From positions 199,394,001-199,458,000 of the forward strand of contig NC_058368.1 of NCBI RefSeq assembly GCF_018350175.1: a stretch of DNA of 64,000 bases, in the 5' to 3' direction. The notes under the pieces were generated by a model that was not told where the DNA came from, did not search any database, and saw only the letters and a list, made by a program, of their open reading frames with translations. The stretch comes from Felis catus. Lineage: Eukaryota. Both the position numbers and the translations under genes were made by a program. Of this stretch, positions 49,998 to 62,349 are shown piece after piece. Position 1 is the stretch's first letter. Every line of letters begins with the position of its first letter.

Positions 49998-50745
49998 TTT
50001 GTTTCTAGAAGTGCTCCTAGGAAGTAGACTCTAAGAATGCGATCCCAAGTTGAATCACTTTCTATCAGTATAAAAGAATACCTCATCATTAGTTATGATA
50101 ACCCATTATATGCAGTAGAATTACAGTTGTTGAGACTCTGATCTGTGGTGATGGGGATGTATATAGTGGAAGAATTTGCACTGGTTTGTTTAATATGTCT
50201 GGCATTTGGAAGGTAGCATAGAAAGAATACAAGAACTGTGAAGTTGAGTGGCTATTGTTGATTGCCACTGAAAAGAGAAAAGGCTTAGGACAATTTCTAA
50301 TTTTAAGCAAACTGTGAAGGTTTGGGGACAGCTTAGATAGTCTTCAAATGACCTCATTTTCTACTAGTGAAAGACAGAAATGAAGATCAGGCACAGGACC
50401 TCATTTTTAAGAGTGGCAGAGCTTTGAAAAAGGCTGAATTCTCAGCCTAGCCAACTCTATGCTAAAGATAAGTCCCTGATAAGGAAAGAGTGAGATGTAA
50501 GACTTGATATGAGGTTATCTTGGTAGATGAACTTGAACGAACACACAGATTCTTTTGTGCTCTCTTTGTTTGCAGAAGTAGCACCAACTCTCCATTGTAG
50601 GCAAAGAGTCTCCTTTCTTGAAAATTATGAGGCAGGCATCAATATTATGTTGGTTCACCTCAAGATCTGCCCTTAATTCACCTTCCAACTATTCAACCAA
50701 TACTAGGATTAAATTTTATCATGAACTATCTGGGAAAACTATGGA
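49998..50745 (+). mobile_element. decayed ERVL internal sequence (PBS, leader, gag start)
   Basis: Directly follows the LTR with a degenerate ERVL-type PBS (tttgtttctagaagtg) and gtggcaga...aggctgaattctcagcc. Confidence 0.55.
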
Positions 50746-51056
50746 GAGAGTGATTATTATGTTATTCAATATTTACTGGAAGTTCTAGTTAATGCAGCAG
50801 GACAACAAATAGATGATATATTCACAAACAAATGAATAAATGGTTTACAGATCAGAAAGGAAAAAGTAAAACTGCCTTTGTTCACAGATGATATGATAGT
50901 CCATGCAGGAAATCCCAAAGGATTGGTAACAAATACTCTGGGAACTAATAAGTAATTAAGTCAAAGTCATAGGAAAAAAGTTTATTTATTTGTTTGTTGA
51001 TTTTTACAGAGTGATTTTTACAATTTGGAGGGATGTCAGATGGTCCAACTTTCCAT

Positions 51057-51267
51057 ATTTATTTCTTTATTTCTTTATTTATTTATGGAAGACAGAAGGC
51101 ATGAATGAGTGAGAATCCCGTGCAGGGGGCTCAAGCTCATCCGCAGCAGGGCTAGAGTTCATAGAGTTCACAGAGTTCACTCAATGTGGGGTTCGAACTC
51201 ACGAACTGTGAGATCGTGACCTGAACTGAGGTGGGATGCTTAACCGATTGAGCTATCCAGGTGCCCC
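51057..51267 (-). mobile_element. variant CAN-SINE with internal reiteration (agagttca x3)
   Basis: SINE head at 51267; repeated gagttca units; no long GA tract. Confidence 0.85.
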
Positions 51268-51626
51268 AAGAAACAAGTTTAATATCCAAGAATCAATTGC
51301 TTTCCTATGTATCAGCAATGAACATTTGAAATTTGAAATTAAAACACAACACTATATTATAACAAAAAATGAATATTTAGGTATCAATCTGACAAAGTAT
51401 ATTCAAGGTTGAGGAAAGCTACAAAACTCTGATGAAGTAAACCAAAGAAGTTCTAAATAAATGTAGAGATTTTATGTTCATTGATAGGAAGACACAATAT
51501 TGTTAAGAAGTCAGTTCTTCTAAATTTGATCTGTAGAGTCAATGCAATTCCAGTCAAGATCCCAGCAAATTATTTGTGGATCTTGAAAAACTGGTTACAA
51601 AAAAAAAAAAATTAAAAAAAAAGAAA

Positions 51627-51840
51627 GGGCGCCTGGGTGGCACAGTCGGTTAAGCGTCCGACTTCAGCCAGGTCACGATCTCGCGGTCCAGGAGTTCGAG
51701 CCCCGCGTCAGGCTCTGGGCTGATGGCTCAGAGCCTGGAGCCTGTTTCCGATTCTGTGTCTCCCTCTCTCTCTGCCCCTCCCCCGTTCATGCTCTGTCTT
51801 TCTCTGTCCCAAAAATAAATAAAAACGTTGAAAAAAAATT
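51627..51840 (+). mobile_element. young SINEC_Fc-type CAN-SINE
   Basis: CpG-rich, near consensus; flanking repeat gaaaaactggttacaaaa. Confidence 0.97.
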
Positions 51841-53290
51841 AGAAAAACTGGTTACAAAATTTATGTGGAAAAGGCAAAAGACCCAGAATAACCAACACAA
51901 TATTGAAGAACAAAGTCTGAAGACTGACACTACTTGATTTACAACTTATAGTAAAGGCACAGTAATTAAGATATCCGCAAAAGAATGGGCAAATAGATCA
52001 GTGGAACAGAATAGAGAGCCCAGAAAAAGACTCACACAAATACAGTTAACTGGTCTTTGATGAAGGATCAAAGGCAATTCAAAGGAGAAAGGATAGTTTT
52101 TTCAATAAATGGTGCTGAAACAACTGGACATTCATATGCAAAATAAGTCTAGGCACAGACCTTACACCTGTTACAAAAATGAACTCAAAATGGATCATAG
52201 ACCAAAATGTAAAATGCAAAACTATTAAACTTCTAGAGGATAACAGAGAATCTGGGTGACCTTGGATTTGTGTGATGACTTTTTAGATAAATAACCCAAA
52301 GTATGACACATAAAAAAAATTGATAAGTTGGACCACACTAAAACTAAAAACTTCTCTATGAAAGATACGGTTAAGAGAATGAGAAGACAAGCCACAGACA
52401 GAGAAAATATTTTCAGAACACATATCCGTAAAAAGACTCGAATCCAACATATACAAAGAACTCTTCAAACTCTACAAGAAGAAAAAAACTCAATTTAAAA
52501 ATGGACCTAATATCTGAAAGACCTCTCACCAAAGAAAATAATACAGACAGCAGTAAGTATATGAAAAGATACTTAACATCATATCATTAGGGAATTGAAA
52601 ATTAAAACTGCAATGAGATACCACCATACTACTAGATATCTAGTAAAATGGTGGGCTAAACAGTCTTGCCATATGATCCAGCTTTAAACTCTTAGATATT
52701 TACTCAAGTGAACTGAAAACTTATGTCCATAGAAAAACCTGCACATGAATGTTTATAGCAATTTTATTCATAATTGCCCCAAACTGAAAGCCACCAAAAT
52801 GTCCTTCAGTAGGTGAATAGATGAATAAACCATAGTATAACATTTTCTATTCAGTGATAAAGAGGAATGAACTATTAAGCTATGAAAAGACACGGATGCC
52901 TCTTAAATGCATATGGCTAAGTGAAAGAAGCCAGTCCGAGAAGGCTGCACACTCTATGGTTTGAATTATATGACTTGTGGAAAAGGCAAAACTATATAGA
53001 TGATAAACAGTTCAGTAGTTTCCCGGAGTTTAGGGGTGAGGTCGAATAGATGAAGTATAAGGGTATTTTGTAGGGTCAAGGAACTATTTTCTGTGATGCT
53101 CAGATGGTGGATACATGACATTACATATTTGTCAAAACCCATAGAAGTTTATAGCACAAAGAGCAAAGCTTTAGCTTTGAATTTTTAATTATGAAATTAA
53201 AAAAATCATTTAAAAAGTGGAAGATCTCAGATGTAATACAGAATGTAACCAATCTAATCGCTTTACAAATGTATGAAACAATTTTACTAC

Positions 53291-53334
<44 letters not shown>

Positions 53335-54664
53335 GGGGGTAACAGTGCTGACCTGAGTAACTTTGGAAATAAGTGGAATCTGCATGTACTGAGGCACTTT
53401 ATTCTAGTTGATAAAATTGTTTCTCGTAGGGGTATGGGTTAACAATTCTGGAACTACTACATATGCATACTGGAATTGAACAAATAAGCAAATAGATGGC
53501 AGATGGTGGGAGCAAGGTGTATCACTGTTGAAGGTTACAGATAAACAAGAAGAGGCTGGAATGATTTGTAGGGTAATGATCAAGAGTTGGAAACATTACT
53601 GTGACCTCATGTTTAGCCTAATATAGACACAGATGGCTACATATAGAAATATTTATAGATATGTGTATCTAAACACAGATTAGTATACACATGTATATTT
53701 TCTTGCTTTCTCAGTTGAGAGGTCCTAGAAGCAATAATGTCTCAGTAGCAATGAACGCATCTATCACCCAGATGTTGGTTTCTAATATCATTCTCCAGTA
53801 AAAGGAACCAGGGTGCCTTGCAGAAATGGCTGGCTTAGGACTGGAGCAAAGAATGTACAAGATAAATCTGAAGTATTTTGTAGTGCTAGAAAGTAAGGAA
53901 GTTCTCAAATATAAGAATCCCCCACAATAATAAGGGTATGTGATGTCAAAAGGACATAACAAACTGAAAGAGCTCTCAATGACAGAAGCTGGAACAATTT
54001 GGGTAAAATAATGAAGTAGTAATGGATTATAACAAAAAGCATAACATAAATATTCATGAGTCCATACTGATATAGACAAGTTATTGAATAAATAAATAAA
54101 TAAATGGGAGAAGAGACAAATCTCTCATGTAGAAAAATTCAAATAATTTATGTATATACTTTACTGTCACGGAGGTGGAAGATAACTTTTCAGTCCTGCA
54201 CGTAATGACTTCCTTCCCAAAGTACAATATACAAAAGGGGAAAATAGAGTCTTTAGTTGAGAATACTGACAAGCACCACCTTAGGCAAGTGATCAGGGTT
54301 AACATCAACAGTGAAAGTCATGTTGATAGTGTGTACTATCAGTATGATATAATGAGAATGGCACTTTGCCTCTGTGGTTTTCTTCTTCCAAACCTATAAT
54401 GCCCATCTGATCAGAAGAGAACATCAGACAAATCTCTGTTGACAAACATTCTACAAAATACCTTACCAGTACTCCTCAAAACTGTTAAGGTAACCAAAAC
54501 CAAAAGTCTCAGAAACCATTACAGCTGAGAGGAGCCTTGGGAGACCTGATGTTTAAATATAATGTGGTATCTTAGAACAGAAAAATGACATTAGGTGAAA
54601 ACTAAGGAAATCTGAGTGGTTTGGACTTTAGTTGATACGTTGTTTTGTGTTGGTCTCAGCTTAT

Positions 54665-55073
54665 TGTTAAAAAGAAGACTATAGGCCTAAGGTGGACTCC
54701 CTTGCCTCCAGAACTGTAAACCAGGACTGAATTGCAGTTCCAACTTCTCCAGAAGTGGAATTTTAAGCCAATCAACCTGGATATTTCTGGTCAACAGTAA
54801 TTAAGTAACCTGGCACATGGGCCCCTCTGTTATCTCCCGAAGGAAGATGGGGTAAAACCCTGCCTTTCCTGTTGAGAGATAATGACCTGGCCTGAAACAG
54901 TCCTTTCTTTTCTTTTGCTAATAACGTCTTGCCCTACCCTCCTTCCTACAAAAATCTTCCACTTTGTACAACTCCTTTCTACTTGCTAGCTGGGATGCTG
55001 CCTGATTAATGAATTGCTTAATAAAGCCAATTAGATCTTCAAATTTACTAGGTTGAATTCTTGTTATTTAACA
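54665..55073 (+). mobile_element. ERV1-type solo LTR
   Basis: Inverted termini tgttaaa...tttaaca, ccaat, and AATAAA about 50 bp from the 3' end. Confidence 0.7.
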
Positions 55074-55082
55074 AATAACCAA

Positions 55083-55590
55083 TGTTGTGGTTGGACCAGC
55101 CCTTAATGGTTCTTATTATGATTGCAAGATGCCCTTAAGCAACAATCATCAGGAAACTTTGGAAAAAAAAAAGAAAGAGATTGATTACTTACAAGACCTG
55201 GAAATCACATAGCACACCTGGACCACACATTGAGGTTGTAGGTATAAAGAGAGTGCATGGGCTGGGGGTTCTGTTTTTATTGGGGTTGAGGGTGGGAGCC
55301 TAGGGTTTCCATAGGAGTCACTCTTGATTGATAAATTTAAAACATAACAGTGGGAATTTAAAGCAGGGTGGGAAGAAAGGCAAGTGACACAATTGTTCAG
55401 TTACTGAAATCAACCAGGGTCTCTCAAATAAAGGAGACTGGGATGGTGGGGAGAGAGGGATAGGTAGTCTGGCTCCTTCCCTAATCCTGTGGCTGGCAGT
55501 GTGTTTATTCAAGACAGCCTGTTTCAAATGGATGCCTGAGCAATCAAAACTTAGGTCAGGCAATACATTACAAAAAAGAAAACAACCATC
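55083..55590. mobile_element. probable second LTR fragment
   Basis: Non-L1 block interrupting the L1 3' UTR; family not identified. Confidence 0.4.
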
Positions 55591-55849
55591 AGGGCTTAAA
55601 CTATGTAATAATATATTAATATGATTCAATAATTATTACAACTGTAGTATGAAGTTGTAGGTGTTAATAATAGGAAACCTTGGGTGTGGCAAATATGAGA
55701 GCTTGCTGAACTATCTTCATAATTTTTCTTGAAATCTAAAATTTCTAAAAATAAAAGTTTTAAAAAATAAGAACCTGAAATCCCCTTGGTGAGAATTTCT
55801 TTAGTGAGATTTTAATATTGAATAAATCGAAACCTTAGTCTCCAAATGA

Positions 55850-56070
55850 AAATGTTAAAATGGACTAAACACTCCAATTAAATGGCAGATTACCAGAATG
55901 AGTTTAAAAAGCAAGCTCTATGTTCTAGAGACTCATGCACTTAAATATAAATACTAAGTAAATTGGGAAAGTAAGTGGATACAAAAAGATGTACCATGGA
56001 AACAGTGAAAAGGTTTGAGTGACTATATTATTATCAAACAAAATAAACTTTGAAACAAGGAATATAACTA
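55850..56070 (+). mobile_element. ancient L1 ORF2 endonuclease-region fragment
   Basis: aatggactaaacactccaattaaa...aaagatgtaccatggaaac...tatattattatcaaacaaaataaacttt. Confidence 0.7.
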
Positions 56071-56280
56071 GTGTAACTGGTATAATTAGCTAATACTTTC
56101 AGTATAGTGTTAAATGGGTTTGCAGAAAGAGGACATCCTTAACTTGTTCCTGATTTTAAGAAGAAAACATCCAGTTTCTCACAAATAAGTATAAGCTTTA
56201 GTTGTTTTTGTTTGTTTTTGGTAGGTGTTCATTATCAAGTTGAGGAAGTTCCTCCTCTATTTGTGGTTTTCTGAGGGTTT

Positions 56281-56781
56281 TTAATTTATTTTTAATTAAT
56301 TTATTTTTATTTGAGAGTGAGAGTGCGTGTGAGAGTTGTGTGAGGGGGACAGGCAGAGGGAGAGAAAGAGAAAATCTTTTTTTAAAAAATATTTTTATTA
56401 TTTTTTAAAATTTTATTTTTATTTTTTAAAATTTACATCCAAATTAGTTAGCATATAGTGCAACAATGATTTCAGGAGTAGATTCCTTAGTGCCCCTTAC
56501 CCATTTAGCCCATCCCCCCTCCCACAACCCCTCCAGTAACCTTCAGTTTGTTCTCCATATTTAGGAGTCTCTTCTGTTTTGTCCCTCTCCCTGTTTTTAT
56601 ATTATTTTTGTTTCCCTTCCCTTATTTTCGTCTGTTTTGTCTCTTAAAGTCCTCATATGAGTGAAGTTACATGATTTTTGTCTTTCTCTGACTAATTTCA
56701 CTTAGCATAACACCCTCCAGTTCCATCCATGTAGTTGCAAATGGCAAGATTTCATTCTTTTTGATTGCCGAGTAATACTCC

Positions 56782-56832
<51 letters not shown>

Positions 56833-57208
56833 ATACCACATCTTTATCCATTCATCCATCGATGGACATTTGGGCTGTTCCTATACTTTGGCTATTGTTG
56901 ATAGTGCTGCTATAAACATGGGGATGCATGTGTCCCTTCGAAACAGCACACCTGTATCCCTTGGATAAATGCCTAGTAGTACAATTGCTGGGTGGTAGGG
57001 TAGTTCTATTTTTAGTTTTTTGAGGAACCTCCATACTGTTTTCCAGAGTGGCTGCACCAGCTTGCATTCCCAAGAAAGAGAAAATCTTAAGCAGGCTCCA
57101 AGCTCAGCCTGGAGCCCGACTTGGGGCTTGATCTCATGACCCTGAGATGATGACCTGAGCTGAAATCAGGAGTCAGACACTCAACCAACTGAGGCATGCA
57201 TGCACCCC
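56281..57208 (-). mobile_element. CAN-SINE split by an L1 insertion
   Basis: Tail 56281-56378, head 57073-57208; outer TSD tctgagggtttttta. Confidence 0.92.
56379..57072 (-). mobile_element. 5'-truncated feliform L1 3' end with (TG)n at 56784-56831
   Basis: Perfect 16-bp TSD agaaagagaaaatctt. Confidence 0.95.
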
Positions 57209-57993
57209 TCTGAGGGTTTTTATTATGAATTTTGTCAAATGCTTTTTTTGTGGCAATTGATAGGATTATTTGTTTTTCAAATTTAGCCTATTGATGTGGC
57301 AATACATTGATTTTTTTTTTAGTGTTAAATCAGTCTTGCATACTTGAAATAAATTGCACTTGATTGTGTCATATAATTCTTTTTACGTATTGTTAGATTT
57401 AATTTGGTAATATGTTTTTAAGGATTTTTATATCTATGTTCATTAAGGATATTGATCTATAGCTTTCCTTTCTTTTAATGTGTTTATTTAGTTTTGATAC
57501 TAGGATAATACTGGCGTTAAAGAATGAGTTAGGGAGCATTCCCTCTGCTTCTGCTTTTTGAAAGTACTTGTGAAGTGTTGGTATTTCTTTCTTAAATGTT
57601 TGATAGGATTCACCAGTAAAACAATATTAGCCTGGGGTGTTTTGTTTTGTTTTGTTTTTTGAAGTTTCTTAATTATTGATTTCAGTTTAATAGATACAGG
57701 AATATTCAAGTTATCTATTTACCCTTGTGTGAGGTTTGGTGGTTTGCATCTTTACAAAATTGGGTAATTTCATCTATGTTATCAAATTTGTGGGCATAAA
57801 GTTATTTGTGGTATTCTTTCATTACCCTTTTAATATGCATGGAATTAGTAACGTGACCCTACTGGTTATTTGTGTCTTTACGTTTTTGTTAGCCTAGCTG
57901 TCAATTTGCCAATTGTATTGATCTTTTCAAAGAATCAGCTTTTGGTTTCACTAATTTTCTCTACTATTTCCTTGTTTTAAATTTAACTGACTT

Positions 57994-58212
57994 GGGGTAC
58001 ATGGGTGGCTTAGTTGGTTAAGCAGCTGACTTCAGCTTAGGTCATGATCTCATGGTTTGTGACATTGAGCCCCCGGTCCAGCTCTGTGCTAACAGCTTGG
58101 AGCCTAGAGCCTGCTTTGGATTCTATGTCTCCATCTCACTCTCTGCCCCTCCCCTGCTCGTGCTCGCACTCGCTCTCTCTCAAAAGTAAATAAACATTAA
58201 AAAATTTAAAAA
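57994..58212 (+). mobile_element. CAN-SINE
   Basis: Typical head, CT tract and A-tail. Confidence 0.95.
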
Positions 58213-58924
58213 ATTTTTCATTGACTTATGTTCCAATTTTTATAACTTCTTTTCTTTTGCTAGAGTTAGGCTTAAATAGTTCTTCTTTTCTAGTTTCTTA
58301 AGGTGATGCTTAACTTACTGATTTTCGATCTTTTTTCTTTTTATAGCATTTAATGCTCTAGATTTCCTTCTAAACACTGTTGTTATTATAGCCCACAAAT
58401 TTTGAAAAGTTGTATTTTTGTTTCCATTTAGTTTGATATTTTAAATATTTCTTGAGATTTCTTTTTTAAGCCATGTGTTATTTAGGAGCATGTTGCCCAG
58501 TTTCCAAATATTTGGGCATGTTCCAGCCATCTTTCTGTTGTTGATTTTTACTGTATCCATTGTAGTCTGAGAACATACTTTGTATGATTTTTATTCTTTT
58601 TAACATGTTAAGGTGTATTTAATAGCTGAGAATATGATCTATCTTGGTAAACGTTGCATGCAAGTTTGAAAAGAATGTGTTTGGTTCTTGTTGGATGGAG
58701 TAGTCTATAGATGTCAATTAGATCCAGCTGATTGATGGTGTTGTTGCGTTTAACTATGTCCTTACTGATTTTCTGCCTGCTTGGTTGATCAATTACTGAC
58801 AGGAATATTAAAGTCTCCAGCTATAATAGTGGATTTGTTGGCTTTTCCTTGTTGCTTTATCAGTTTTTGCTGCATATTTTTTGACATTGTTGTTAGGTGT
58901 ATACATGTTTAAGATTGTTATGTC

Positions 58925-58960
<36 letters not shown>

Positions 58961-59254
58961 TGCTGGGTCATATGGCAATTCTATGTTTAACTTTTTGGAG
59001 AATCACCAAACTGTTGTCCACAGTAGCTGTATGTCTTCTTGGAGAATTGACCCTTATTATGTAATACCCACCTTTGTTCCTAATAATTTTCCTTGTTCTG
59101 CATTCAACTTTATTTGAAGCTCTTCTAGCTATTCCAGCTTGCTTTGATTAGTGTTAGTACATATAGTTTTCTCCATCCCTTAATTTTTCACTTATCTGAG
59201 TATATATTTGTTATAGGTTTTGTGTGACAAAATATAGTTGGATCTTGTTTTTTT

Positions 59255-59468
59255 GTTTAAAAATTTTTTATGTTTATTTTTAAGAGAGAGAGAGAAAGAG
59301 TGTGAGCAGGGGAGGGGCAGAGAGAGAGGGAGACACAAATTTGGAAGCAGGCTCCAGGCTCTGAGCGGTCAGCATAGAGCCTGATGCGGGGCCGGAACCC
59401 ACAAACTGGTGAGATCGTGACCTGAGCTGAAGTCCGACGCCCAACCTACTGAGCCACCCTGGAGACCC
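59255..59468 (-). mobile_element. CAN-SINE
   Basis: Sits in the tail of the adjacent SINE. Confidence 0.93.
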
Positions 59469-59472
59469 TAGA

Positions 59473-59495
59473 ATTTTTTAAAATGTTTATTTATT

Positions 59496-59544
<49 letters not shown>

Positions 59545-59557
59545 TTGGGGGAGTGGC

Positions 59558-59591
<34 letters not shown>

Positions 59592-59735
59592 TCAGAGAGA
59601 GAGAGAGAATCGGAAGCAGTCTCCAGGATCTGAGCTGTCAGCACAGAGCCCTTCGTGATGCTCAAACTAATGAACCATGAGATCATGACCTGAGCTGAAG
59701 TCCAATGCTTAACAGATTGAGCCACCCAGGTATCC
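59473..59735 (-). mobile_element. CAN-SINE with expanded (GA)n
   Basis: Outer TSD cttgtttttttgttt encloses both SINEs. Confidence 0.93.
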
Positions 59736-59797
59736 CTTGTTTTTTTGTTTTAAATCTACTTTGACAATTGCAATCTTTTAATTGGTGTATTAGTATC

Positions 59798-59990
59798 TTT
59801 TTTTAATAATTTTTTTAAAACATTTATTCATTTTTGAGAGACAGAGTGTGAGTGGGGTAGGGACAGAAAGGGAGGCACAGAATCTGAAGCAGGCTCCAGG
59901 CTCTGAGCTTGAATTTATGGAACATGGACCACAAGATCATGACCTGAGCTGAAGTTGGAGGCTTAACCAATTGAGCCACCCAGGCACCCC
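59798..59990 (-). mobile_element. CAN-SINE with internal deletion
   Basis: Typical head and tail. Confidence 0.92.
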
Positions 59991-60275
59991 GGTATATCAG
60001 TACCGTTGTGTTTAAAGTGACTATTGATATAGGTGAATTAATATCTATTATGTTGGTGACTGTTTTCTATTTCTTGCAATTGTTCTTAAAATAAACCAAT
60101 TTCTGCCCTGATTTAAATTGGTCATCTTACATGATTTTCTTTTATCTCTTCTTTTAGCAAATCTATTATGCTTCTTTAAAAAAAAATTAGAGAAATTCCA
60201 AGGGTTTTAGGATCTCTGTATCAGAAACAGGGGTGAAGACCAACTATGTATGTCTTCTTAAATATTTCAATATCA

Positions 60276-60477
60276 GGGAGGAGGGGCCCACATGGCGGAG
60301 AAGTAGGGGGATCGGAAGTTCCCTCCTCTCTCAAACAAAGCAGTATTGAGGCCAAAGGACTTTGAAGTCCAAGCTTCCGGGCAGCAAAGAGACAGAGTTG
60401 CTTCCAGGGCTTCCAGGGGCCCACTGGGACAACCTGACAGGCCATAGGTGCATGATTGCGAACTGGGAGAGAGAAAA
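60276..60477 (+). mobile_element. probable isolated 5' end of a carnivore L1
   Basis: gggaggagggg...atggcggagaagtaggggg: GC-rich L1-type start with a degenerate YY1 box. Confidence 0.55.
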
Positions 60478-60879
60478 CAATTTAGTTGTTGCCTTAGACT
60501 TTGTAATATATATATTTAACCTAAGTCTACCTTCAAAGAACTTGTGTAATGTAACTTGTGACTGTGTTGCCAATTCTCCTCTCTAGTTCCTTGTGACATT
60601 GTGATCATTCATTTTATTTATCAATATGCTATAATCACCCAATAGATTATTACTATTATTTAGACAGTTACATTTCAGATTAAGAATAAAAGTAACAGAT
60701 TTATTTTACTTCCACTTATTCCCTCGCTGATGCTCTGCTCTTCCTTATGTAATCCAACTTTCTGACCTATAAAATTCTGCCTGAAGAACTGCTTTAACAT
60801 TTCTTTTAGAGAGGTGTGTTGTCAATGCATTCCCTCAGTTTTTGTTTTTTTGAAAAAGTATTTCTCTTTTACTTTTTGT

Positions 60880-60962
60880 ACATTAAAATTAAAAATATAT
60901 ATATATTTTAAAGTTTTTTTTTTAATTCCAGTTAACAACAGTGTTATATTAGTTTCAGGTGT
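60880..60962 (-). mobile_element. extreme 3' tip of a carnivore L1
   Basis: ttaattccagttaacaacagtgttatattagtttcaggtgt, as at 29920-29965; degenerate TSD. Confidence 0.75.
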
Positions 60963-62349
60963 CTCCTTCACTTTTGAGGGATAACTTTGCTGGATATAGA
61001 ATTCTACATTGGTGGTTATTTTTCTCAACACTTTAACGATTTTCCTCCACTCTCTTGTTAGCATAATTTGTAATGAAAGAAAGAGTTCCACTCTTGTAGC
61101 TTCAGCTGCAGCTTGCTTTGAATCTGCTATGCACATGTATAGTTCAGGGGTCAGCTAAAGACCTGGGCAGAGTTTATACACAAAATTTGGGGTGTCCCTT
61201 TTCTCAGTCTTTTCTTTCCAGGATTCAACCTTCATTTTCCACTGGCTTTGTTTGTTTTGGCTTTATCTCCTAGCTTTTTAGACACGAAAGATAGAGGATT
61301 TTCTAAAAAAGTTTTAGCCACCCTGTAATATGCCATGACAATATGCTCTTAGAATAAAGCTACAAAAATAGAAGACTTACCCTGCTATGTTCTCCTCTTC
61401 CAAATTTCCACACCCCTCCAGTATTTACCTGGTCTTATTAACTCTGTAGAGCCTTGAGGTAGTTGTTTTTTGTATTTGTCCAGAATTTATATTTGTTATT
61501 TTCAGATAGTTTTTTCTGTTAGGAATGTATTCCACCAAAGTGGAAACAGAACAATCTCAGCTTCTGGCTTCTACTGCCAGAGTCTTTAGCTTGTACCACA
61601 GCCCAATGGCTTCTAATGAAAACAAAGCTTAGTTGCTGAAATTCCATTGCTTCACAAATAAAATGGAAGCTTAAATGAATTGAGACATGTAAAATTAGGC
61701 AGTAAATGTTGATTTTATTTTTCCTGTATCTCCTTCTGTTCTTTCACGGAGAGATTCGATACCTAATCCTGGATTGTCCATGTTCAAAGGCCAGCCTGAA
61801 ACTGTAATTTCTGGCAGCATTTCTATAGAGTAGAGGTTTTATCTTTTTTTGATTTTGCTCTATTTAAATGAGACCTGCCCCAACACCCTCAGGTGGTGAG
61901 GAGAGGAGGAAGTTATCTTAATCTTAGTAAAGCCAATAGCTTAATAATGAATAATAAACATTTTTTTTTCTTATAAGTGCTTTGGCTGACCCCAGCACTC
62001 TGCCAATATCAGGCAGTTTTGATAAGTTGTCCCTTCCACCAGGACTCTTCTGTGTTGTTGTACTCCCTTTCCTTCAATTTTTCTTGAGATAATTCACTAA
62101 CCTTCCAAAAGCATTATTCATTTCATATGCAGAGGAGTTTAATTATAATCTTGTCTCATTCCCAAATACTCCAAATGCTGTCTCCCTCAACCAAATAAAA
62201 TGGCCATCAAGTATTGAATTAATTGAATACAGCTCTCCCCCAGTGAAGAATGTTGTGACCAACTCTTAAATGAGGATTTTTGTTGCTGCTGCTGTTGTTT
62301 TTAATTTTCATCGCATTCACTTTACTAGGGAATGAAAATGACGCATATA

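Larger units (their letters stand above)
50760..55775 (+). mobile_element. ancient L1 (L1MC-like) ORF2 3' half plus long 3' UTR, interrupted by SINEs, (TG)n (53293-53331) and LTRs
   Basis: ttcacagatgatatgatagt...atcagtggaacagaatagagagcccagaa...gacattaggtgaaaactaaggaaatctga...aaatctaaa...aaaataaaagttt. Confidence 0.85.
56080..61560 (-). mobile_element. ancient L1 5' half (5' UTR to mid-ORF2, internally deleted) with many nested insertions
   Basis: ggacatccttaacttgttcctgatttt...gatcttttcaaagaatcagcttttggtttca...ttaaagtctccagctataatagtggattt...ttttgagggataactttgctggatatagaattct. Confidence 0.8.

Noticed and set aside
481..59990. tRNA genes, and SINE strand bias (20 minus vs 13 plus) as evidence of a host gene
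   Set aside because: All A/B-box hits are CAN-SINE heads without a cloverleaf 3' end; the strand skew is too small to be meaningful
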